From positions 248,001 to 312,000 of the forward strand of contig JAANOX010000144.1 in assembly GCA_020184695.1 (NCBI GenBank): a stretch of 64,000 bases of DNA. Reading direction: 5' to 3'. Both the position numbers and the translations under genes were made by a program. This stretch comes from Histomonas meleagridis 2922-C6/04-290x. Taxonomy: Eukaryota; Protista; Parabasalia. Below are positions 46,640 through 55,718 of the stretch, piece by piece; position 1 is the first letter of the stretch, and each line of letters begins with the position of its first letter. The notes under the pieces are model-generated. The model had not been told where the DNA came from. It saw only the letters and a program-made list of their open reading frames with translations, and did not search any database.

Positions 46640-49237
46640 GGTGAAATTAATGAAATTGGAAATATAGCTTTCAGCCAATGGTCTTTATTAACTTCGCTTG
46701 ATATTGGCAACTCTGTTACTTCAATTGGAAGTTATGCATTTTATTATTGCACACAATTATACGAAATTAGCATTGGTGATAATGTAGAAATAATTGAAAG
46801 TTATGCATTTTGTTCTTCATCGGTAACTAATATTTTCATTCCAAAATCTGTAAGTTCATTTGGCGATGAAATATTTGCATATTGTAGTAAGCTTCAATTT
46901 ATTAATGTATCTAATGAAAATAATAATTTTTGTGGAAATAATGGAATTCTTTATTAGTAAGATCGTACAAAAATAATTTGTTATCCAGGGGGGACATCTA
47001 TCACAACATTTGAAATTCCAAGTACAGGTACAACAATTGGAAATTATTCATTTTATTCATGTTCAACTTTAACATCTATTTCAATTCCAAATACAGTTAC
47101 AACAATTGGAAATTATTCATTTTATTCATGTTCAACTTTAACATCTATTTCAATTCCAAATACAGTTACAACAATTGGAAATTATTCATTTTATTCATGT
47201 TCAACTTTAACATCTATTTCAATTCCAAATACAGTTACAACAATTGGAATTTATGCATTTTATGATTGTTCATCATTAAAAAATGTTGTAATTCCAAATT
47301 CAGTTACAGTAAATGAAAACTATACGTTTTGTAGTTGTTATAGTTTAGAAACAATCTATTTAGGGGAAAGTATAATAACAATCAAAAGTTATGCATTAAG
47401 CGAATGTTCTTTCCTAAATATCACAATTCCAAATTCGGTTGAATCAATTGAAAATTATGTATTTTCTTATTCTTCATTAACATCAATTAATTTAGGAAAT
47501 AATGTAAAAATAATCGGAAATAATGCGTTCGAAGATTGTGGATTAACAAATATTGTAATTCCAAATTCTGTAACATCAATTGGAATTTCTGTATGTGTAT
47601 CTTGTTCCAGATTAGAAACAGTTACAATTGGTGAAAATATTGAAGCTATTGGAAATTCTATGTTTGATGGGTGCTCATCATTAAAAAGACTCGTAATTCT
47701 AAATTCTGTAACATCAATCGGAAATTATGCATTCCAATACTGCAGTTCATTAATAAGTATTACAAATCCAAAATCAGTTAATCCAATTGGTGATGGTGTC
47801 TTTTCATATTGCTCTAAACTTCAATTTATTAATGTATTTGATGAAAACAATAATTAGTGTAGTGGAAATAATGGAGTTCTTTACAATAAGGATTGTACAA
47901 AAATTATTTGGTATCCATTGATTTTTAATGACAAAACATTTGAAATTCCAAGTACAGTTACAGTAATTGGAAGTAATTCATATTCTCAATGTTCATCATT
48001 AACAAATATTGTAATACCAAATTCAGTTACAATAATTGGAAATTATTCATTTTATTTTTGTTCATCATTAACAAATATAGTAATTCCAAATTCAGTCACA
48101 ACAATTGGAAATTATTCATTTTCTCAATGTTCATCATTAACAAATCTTGTAATTCCAGATTCTGTTACAACAATTGGAAGTAATTCATTTTATTGTTGTT
48201 CAGCATTAAAAAATATTAAAATATCAAATTCTGCTACAATAATTGGAAATTATGCATTTTTTCAATGTTCATCATTAACAAATATTATAATTCCAGATTC
48301 AGTTACAACAATTGGAAATTATTCATTTTATAATTGTCAATTATCGTCAGTTACTATTGGTGAAAGTGTTACAACAATAGGAAATTTGGCTTTTTACTGT
48401 TGTCATATGACAACCTTTTTCATTCCAAAATCAGTATCTTCAATTGGCTAAGGTTGTTTTGCATACTGCATAAATCTTCAAACAATTGAGGTATCTGATG
48501 AAAACACTTATTATACTGTTAATGATGGCATTCTATATAATAAAGATTTTACTACAATTGTATGTTATCCTCAAAAATTAACTTCGAAAACATTTGAAAT
48601 ACCGAACACAGTTACAACAATTGGAGGATATTCTTTTTATCGTGCTTCTACTTTAACAAGTATTGTCATTCCAGATTCAGTAATTTCAATTGGAAATTAT
48701 GCATTTAATTACTGTTATAAATCAGAAACGCTTACTATGGGTGATAATGTATTGACAATTGTCCATATTCATTTTATAATTGCTATAATTTAAAAACAAT
48801 TACTTTAGATGAAAGTTTAGTAACAATTGGTACCTATTCATTTTATAAATGCATAATGCAAAATATTGTAAATCCGGATTCAGTTCTAACAATTAATAGT
48901 GATTCATTCGATAGTTGTTCTAAATTAGAAACAATTACTATTGGAAATAATGTACAAACAATCGGAGGTTATGCATTTCAATCATGTTCATCATTGACAA
49001 ATATTGTAATTCCGAATTCAGTTTATTCCATACAAACTTCTGCATTTAAATCTTGTACCAATTTGAAAACAGTTATCATCGGAGAAACAAATTAATGATG
49101 AAGAAAGTACGAATGATGTAAATGTTAATAATGAAAGTACATTTTCAATGAATAACTTTTCCATGAATTTTGCTGATATTTATGATGACCCATTTGCAGT
49201 TGATTTTAAAGAAAATAAATTTAATAGAAATATGTAA
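46640..49237 (+). pseudogene. BspA-like (TpLRR) surface protein pseudogene
   Basis: Many IPNSVTTIGNYSFYxCSSL repeats and NGILYxKDxTKIICYP blocks. Lesions: TAGTAA near 46956, TAG near 47855, TAA at 48449, and frameshifts near 48760 and 49090. The 5' boundary is approximate. Confidence 0.8.
47030..47236 (+). repeat. Three identical 69-nt tandem repeats (one BspA LRR unit each)
   Basis: ACAACAATTGGAAATTATTCATTTTATTCATGTTCAACTTTAACATCTATTTCAATTCCAAATACAGTT starts at 47030, 47099 and 47168. Confidence 0.9.
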
Positions 49238-49973
49238 ATTGACAGATATAATCGAAATGTAGACATTTATCAAAAGCTAATGTTATGTTACAAATAAAAT
49301 TAATTTGAAATTTTTATACATAAAAAATAGAACACTGTAATGTTGTTACACTCACAACACAAATGAATTATTAAATTGGAAAATATATTTTGAGGAAATA
49401 TAGAAACTGAAATTTAAAGTTTTACACACTTATATTTCTCTACCAAAGTGTTTTTTAACACAAAACTTTAGAGATATTCAATAAAATATTTTATTATTTG
49501 ATTATTTATAATGTTTTTTCAAATATGGCATATCATTTGTTTGTTTATCTTAAGTTGAGCATTTAAATTACTTCTTTTGAACTTACACAATACCAAATAT
49601 TAGGGCACCCCAATCAAACAGCTAAGGTTCGAGATTTTGATGGTATATTTTTTTGTTTTTTTAATTTCGAATGAAAAGTATAAATGTGGATCAAAGTGGC
49701 GTAAGATCCGTAAATCAATCTCAGTTTCTTGATCAGTATATTTTTTTCAAGTATGAAGCATTATGAAATCGTTTAATTTTTTTTTTAAATATAATTTTTT
49801 AATACATGAAAGTTTAACAAAAGTGGTGATTTATATTATGCTAACTTACTAATTCAAAAAAAATCATATAAATTTAAAACACTGAATGAATATTGAATAG
49901 TTAATTAAATAAAATTAAATATGTTTTTATGTTTATTATGAATAAATTATTTATGCAAGCAAAAAGTTGGATA

Positions 49974-52900
49974 TCATTTCTTTTTATTTGATGATTTTTC
50001 CTTAATTAAGTCAACAATTTCATTGTAATCATTTTTATTTGCAATACTAAATGCTGTCCTAAATAATTCAAATAATTTCCAAATAATATTTTGAAGTATG
50101 AAATTATTATAACAAATGTGTTCGGCATAAACATCAATTCCTTCTTGTTCAAGAAGTAATTTAACAATTTCTGTGTGACCATTTTGAGATGCCAACATAA
50201 GTGCTGTCCAAAATAATTTAAATAATTTCCAAATATTATTTTGAAATAGAAAATTATTTAAATCAATAAATAAAACAAATAAATACTTTTAGCATTAATA
50301 TCAATTCCTTTTTGTTCAAGAAGTAATTTGACTAATTCTGTGTGACCATTTTCAGATGCTTTCATAAGTGCTGTTCCAAATAATTTAAATAATTTCCAAA
50401 TATTATTTTCAAATATAAAATAAAACAAATAAATACTTTTAGCATTAACATCAACTCCTTCTTCAAGAAGTAATTTAACTCTTTCTATGTTACCATTTGA
50501 AGCTGCTTGGAAAAGTGCTGCTTCTAATTATTTAAATAATTTTTATATATTATTTTTAAATATTGAAATGTCAAAACAAACAACTTTAATGTGAATTTTA
50601 ACCCCTTCTTGTTCAAGAAGCAATTTAACTATATCTGTATGACCATTTTCAAATGCCATATCAAGTGCTATACTAAATAATTTATATAATTTAAAATTAT
50701 TATTTTGAAATATAAAATTATTAAAATATATTTTAAATAAAACAAACAAATATCTCGCGCATTAACATCAAATTCTTCCTGTTTAAGAAGATATTTAACT
50801 ATTTCTGTGTGACCATTTTTGGATGCTAAAATAAGTGCTGTTCCAAATAATTTGAATAATTTCCATATATTATTTTAAAATATCAAATTATTAAAATAAA
50901 TACTAAATAAAACAAATAAATACCTTTCGTACTGACATCAATTCCCTTAGACATAAGAAGTGATAAAATTCTTCCTATACTACCATTTTCGGATGCTATA
51001 ATAAATGATGTTCCAAATATTTTGAATAATTTCCATATATTATTTTGAAATAGTAAACTATTAAAATAAACATTAAATAAAATAAATAAATATTTTTCGT
51101 GTTAACTTTAACCCCTTCTTGTTCAAGAAGTAATTTAACTATGTCTATGTATCCATTTTCAAATGCTTTATCAAGTGCCTTACTAAATAATTTAAATAAT
51201 TTAAAATTATTATATTGAAATGTCAAATTATTATAATAAATATATGTGTTATTAACATCACTTCCTATATTTTCAAGAAGCAATTTAATTATATCTATAT
51301 AACCATTGTCAAATGCTATATTAAGTACTTTATTAAATAATTTAAATAATTTAAAATTATTATTTTGAAATGTCAAATTATTATAATAAATGTATTCGTT
51401 ATTAACATCACTTCCATCTTTTTCAAGAAGCAATTTAACGATTTCTGTATAACCTTTTTGAGCTGCATTTATAAGTGCTGTGTTAAATAATTTAAATAAT
51501 TTAAAATTATTATATTGAAATGTCAAATTATTATAATAAATGTATTCGTTATTAGCATCACTTTCATCTTGTTCAAGAAGCAATTTAACGATTTCTGTGT
51601 AACCTTTTTGAGCTGAACGTATAAGTGCTGTGTTAAATAATTTAAATAATTTAAAATTATTATATTGAAATGTCAAATTATTATAATAAATGTGTTTACT
51701 ATATACATTACTTCCTTTTTGTTCAAGAAGCAATTTAATTATATCTGTATAACCATTGTCAAATGCTATGTCAAGTGCTCTCATAAATAATTTAAATAAT
51801 TTTCAAATAATATTATCAAATTTTATAAAAATAAAACAAACTTTAAATAAAAGATAACAATGTTTTTATGATTTATATCAATATGAAGAAATCTTTTCGG
51901 TTTAAGAAGTAATTTAACAACTTCTGTATGACCATTTCTAGTTGCTTCTATAAGTGCTGTATTAAATGACTTAAACAATCTCCAATTATCATATTGAAAT
52001 ATAAAATTATTAAAATAAAAATAATTTAAAACAAATCAATATCTTTAGCATTAATCTCAATTCCTTTTTGTTCAAGAAGTAATTTGATTACTCCAACGTG
52101 ACCTTTTTTACTTGCCCATATAAGTGCTGTATTAAATAATTTGAATAATTTCGAAATATTATTTTGAATTACGAAATTATTAAAATATTCCCAAAATATG
52201 ATAAATTAATATCTCTAGCATTAATATCAATTTCTTCTTGTTCAAGAAGTAAATCGACTATTTCTGCATGACCATTTTCAGATGCATACATAAGTGCTGT
52301 TTTAAATAATTTAAATTTTTTTCAAATATTATTTTGAAATGTTAAATTATTTAAATAAATTTTAAATAAAACAAATAAATGTCTTTAGCATTAATATCAA
52401 TTCCTTTTTGTTCAAGAAGCAAATCAACTGTTTCAATATTTCCATTTTCAGATGCCCACATAAGTGCTGTTTTAAATAATTTAAATAATTTCCAAATGTT
52501 ATTTTGAAATACCAAATTATTAAAATAAATAAATGTCTTTAGCATTAATATCAATTCCTTCTTGTTTAAGAAGTAATTCAACGATTTCTAAATGACCTTT
52601 TGAAGATGCATATATAAGTGCTGTTTTAAATAATTTAAATAATTTCCAAATGTTGTATTGAAATACCAAATTATTAAAATAAATATTAATTAAAACAAAT
52701 AAATGTCTTTAGCATTAATATCAATTCCTTCTTGTTTAAGAAGTAATTCAACGATTTCTAAATGACCTTTTGAAGATGCATACATAAATGCTGTTTTAAA
52801 TAATTTAAATAATTTCCAAATGTTATTTTGAAATGCAAAATTATTAAAATAATTTTTAAATAAGACAAATAAATATATTTATCATTAATATCAATTCCTT

Positions 52901-54570
52901 TTTGTTTAAGAAGAGTTTGAACCGTTTTTATTTTATTATTTTTAATTGCCCAAATCAGTGGTGTATTACATAATTTGAATAATTTCCAAATATTATTTTA
53001 AAATATCATATTAAAAAAATCAAATGCAAATAAGCCAAAGAAATATCTTTAACATTAATATCCATTCCTTTTTGAATAAGTGATATAACTTTCTTTGTTT
53101 TACCATTTTCTGTTGCACTTATAAGTTCTTCGATTTGATTTGATTTCTTACAAATTAATTCTACAATTTCAGTGTATCCATTTTCAGATGCTTTAATAAG
53201 TGCTGTATAAAATAATATAAATAATTTCCAAATATTATTTTGAAATAAAAAATTATTAAAATAAATTTTAAATAAAACAAATAAATATCTTTAGCATTAA
53301 TATCAATTCCTTTTTGTTCCATAACAAAATTAACAAGTTCGATGTTTTTTGATTCGAAACATGCAAATAAAATATCATTTGGAATTTCTACCTTTTGAAG
53401 AAAATGCATCACGAGATATAAGTTTCCGATTTTTGCTGAAACTTGAAAAATATCTCTATTGATTTCCATTCCTTCTTCTTCCAAAAACAAAAGAATTTCA
53501 TAATTTCCATAGTCAACGCATAAACATCCTAAATCAGTTAAATTTTTTGACATTTCTTCTAATTTATTCTCATAAATATATTTGAATAAATCAATTTGAT
53601 GAAATTCAATTGCTGTTTTATATGCATCTTCAAATGATGAATGATTTTGTTCACACAAATGAACAATTTCAACATTTCCACCTGCAACTGCATATTTACC
53701 TGTATTTTCCACATTTGCACCATTCATAAGCAAATATTTAAAACATTTAATAGATCCAAAGAAAGCTGCATAATCAATTAATGAAACATCTCTTTGATTA
53801 ACAAAAGAACATCTTTCATAAAGTGATGGTTCAATTTTTTGATTAAAATCAAAATCATTTTGTGATGTTTTTTCTTGAAGTTTTTCGATTTCATCTTTTC
53901 GAATTATTTTTGCAATTTCATTTGGATTAACTCCTTCGTTAATTAATTGCTTATGAAGTTCCCAATTATTCTTTGAAAGTTTATTATAATTCTTGAAAAA
54001 GTTATTTTCTATTGGATCATTATAAAATGAATGAAAACTCCACGAGGACTGTATATTCAAATTTTGCATGCCATTTTTATAATGTTCAAAATATTTTGTT
54101 TGTATACCCTTTGTAATATTCGAATCAATTAAATTTCGTTCTATCATTTTCTCAATTAAATAATATGCTTCTTGTGATTTGATATTACGAATATAACGAG
54201 TAAAAACTGAAATGATTTTTGGTAAGATTATTTTAATTTCTTCTTGTTTTGTTTGAAGTGTTTCTAAATATTTTAAAAAAATATCAGTTGTATTCTTTTG
54301 TGAATAAAATGAAGAATAAACTAAATTGCTCGTTACAGAATTAAACGTGCATGGAAACTTCTCGTCAAATAAATTAAGTGTTTGTTCGATTGACGATTCA
54401 ATATTTCCTTCATTTAAATTAATGATAATTCTCTCAAGCTCAATAAGCAAATTGAAGTTAAAGTGTTGGCTATTGGGTTCTTCATGATCTCTTTTCTCTA
54501 GGTGTCTATTTTTACTTTTTAAGTTGTTTTGAGTTCTAATAGTCTTCTTGCTTCGACTTGTTCCAGGCAT
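49974..54570 (-). CDS. DUF3447-like domain plus about 20 ankyrin repeats, interrupted by 72 non-canonical 17-nt spacers (1122 aa after removal)
   Basis: A 428-codon first block ends ...GIDINAKD. All following TAL...D blocks are stop-free. 4597 nt minus 72x17 minus one 4-nt remnant = 3369 nt = 1123 codons, ending at TGA 49976-49974. Confidence 0.82.
50058..53286 (-). other. Twenty 17-nt spacer / single-codon arrays, one per ankyrin hairpin
   Basis: Eleven of 80 nt, seven of 60 nt, one of 77 nt and one of 64 nt. Position-specific consensus spacers: ATTTATTTGTTTTATTT, ATTTATTTTAATAATTT, ATTTCAAAATAATATTT, AATTATTTAAATTATTT. Confidence 0.88.
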
Positions 54571-54959
54571 AAAACTATATAAAAACTGACGTTCACAATA
54601 TTTCTGTGCACCGATAAAAAAGTAACTAATTGTTTTTCAAAAAACAAATCAATTAATCACCACCATCATGTTTATTATTTATTGATTTTCTATTACAAAA
54701 AAAAATTTAGTACTGCACAACGAAAAGATAACTTTTTTTGAAGAAAAAATAATAAAGAAAGCGATTTTGAAGAAGAAAAAAAAATGGTTTATCATTAATG
54801 AATTTCAAAAATTGAACTTTCATTCGATAAGAATAGAATAAATAAATATAATGAAGCAAAAGCAGGAAAGAATGAAATTTTAAAATGTGCATAATTAATT
54901 TAACAAAATTAAATTATTTTTGATTACATTAAAAACAAGTTTCTTTTATTTCATATTTA

Positions 54960-55634
54960 TCAATGGAATATTGAATGGTCAATTTCAGTAAAATTGGAAA
55001 TTGCTTTTGTGACACCTGGAAGTTTGGTAAGTTCTTCATGTTTTTCTTTAGGACCAATAGCAAAGACCACAGATGCGCCTGATCTATGCGCAGCTTCAAT
55101 GCCATTTGCAGAATCTTCAACAATTACACAATCTTCAGGTGCAACACCTAAAGTATGTATAGCCTTGAGATATATTGCTGGGTCAGGCTTTCCTGGGATA
55201 TCACCAGTATCATATATTATGTTTTCAGGAGGAAACCATTTTGTTAAATTAAATACTTCTTGGTAAAATTTCATATTATCTTCACCAGCCATTGAAGCAA
55301 TTGCTCTGGGGATATCATTTTGTTTAAGATATTCAAGCAGTTCTTCTGCCCCTGGTGCTAAATGAAGATTCTTTTTATCGTTTAAACAAATTTCACGATA
55401 ACATGTTTCTTTTTGATCTGACCAATTCTTCAGTTCTTCTTTTGTGACAGGTGATCCTTTTATATATTCTAATGTTGTTTTGTTATTTTTTCCAATTAAT
55501 AATTTCATTTCTTCATTTGAAAGAGGTTTATCTCTGATTGTTGTAGAAAATTTTATCCATGCTTCAGAATGCATTTCCGTGTCCCAGAACAAAGTTCCAT
55601 TGAAATCAAAAATGATTGCCTTTGCCTTTTTCAT
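54960..55634 (-). CDS. HAD-superfamily hydrolase (beta-PGM/CbbY-like)
   Basis: IIFDFNGTL motif I, AIAS motif II, GKPDP motif III, VEDSANGIEAA motif IV; ATG at 55634. Confidence 0.88.
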   Translation of the reverse strand: MKKAKAIIFDFNGTLFWDTEMHSEAWIKFSTTIRDKPLSNEEMKLLIGKNNKTTLEYIKGSPVTKEELKNWSDQKETCYREICLNDKKNLHLAPGAEELLEYLKQNDIPRAIASMAGEDNMKFYQEVFNLTKWFPPENIIYDTGDIPGKPDPAIYLKAIHTLGVAPEDCVIVEDSANGIEAAHRSGASVVFAIGPKEKHEELTKLPGVTKAISNFTEIDHSIFH

Positions 55635-55702
55635 TTGGGGTTGACAGAAAATTTTGAATAAAAAATGAAATGACTTAACGTTTTTCTTTGTTAAGTCAAA
55701 TA

Positions 55703-55712
55703 GGGGCACCCC
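55703..55712. promoter_or_regulatory. GGGG-CA-CCCC motif between the divergent HAD and PA200 genes
   Basis: Same core motif, 6 nt before ATG 55719. Confidence 0.45.
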
Positions 55713-55718
55713 AAATTA

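Noticed and set aside
49620-49745. Possible tRNA or snoRNA near GGTTCGA and TGATC motifs
   Set aside because: No cloverleaf or convincing box C/D pair could be built by eye.
50058-53286. Reading each ankyrin insert as one canonical GT-AG intron ending at the ACAG of ACA-GCA
   Set aside because: GT precedes the insert in only 3 of 20 repeats. The AG is absent in repeats starting ACA-CCA, ACA-TCA or AAA-GTA. Such splicing would also delete the hairpin and not explain the stop-free, Gly-conserving triplets.
50058-53286. CRISPR-like or simple minisatellite interpretation of the 150-170-nt periodic array
   Set aside because: The period is explained by ankyrin coding blocks plus inserts. This is a eukaryotic context with no cas genes, and the constant and variable parts map onto protein structure.
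53207-53286. A hairpin (ATTTCAAAAT-AAT-ATTTGGAAAT) as the processing signal
   Set aside because: The pairing is weak and AU-only apart from one GC pair, expected by chance at this composition. It is absent from the 10.9-11.1 kb spacers, which still obey the 17-nt rule.
53207-53286. U-deletion RNA editing as the way to restore the loop
   Set aside because: The spacers contain many A, C and G residues that would also need removal; deleting U runs alone does not give D-x-x-G-x-T.
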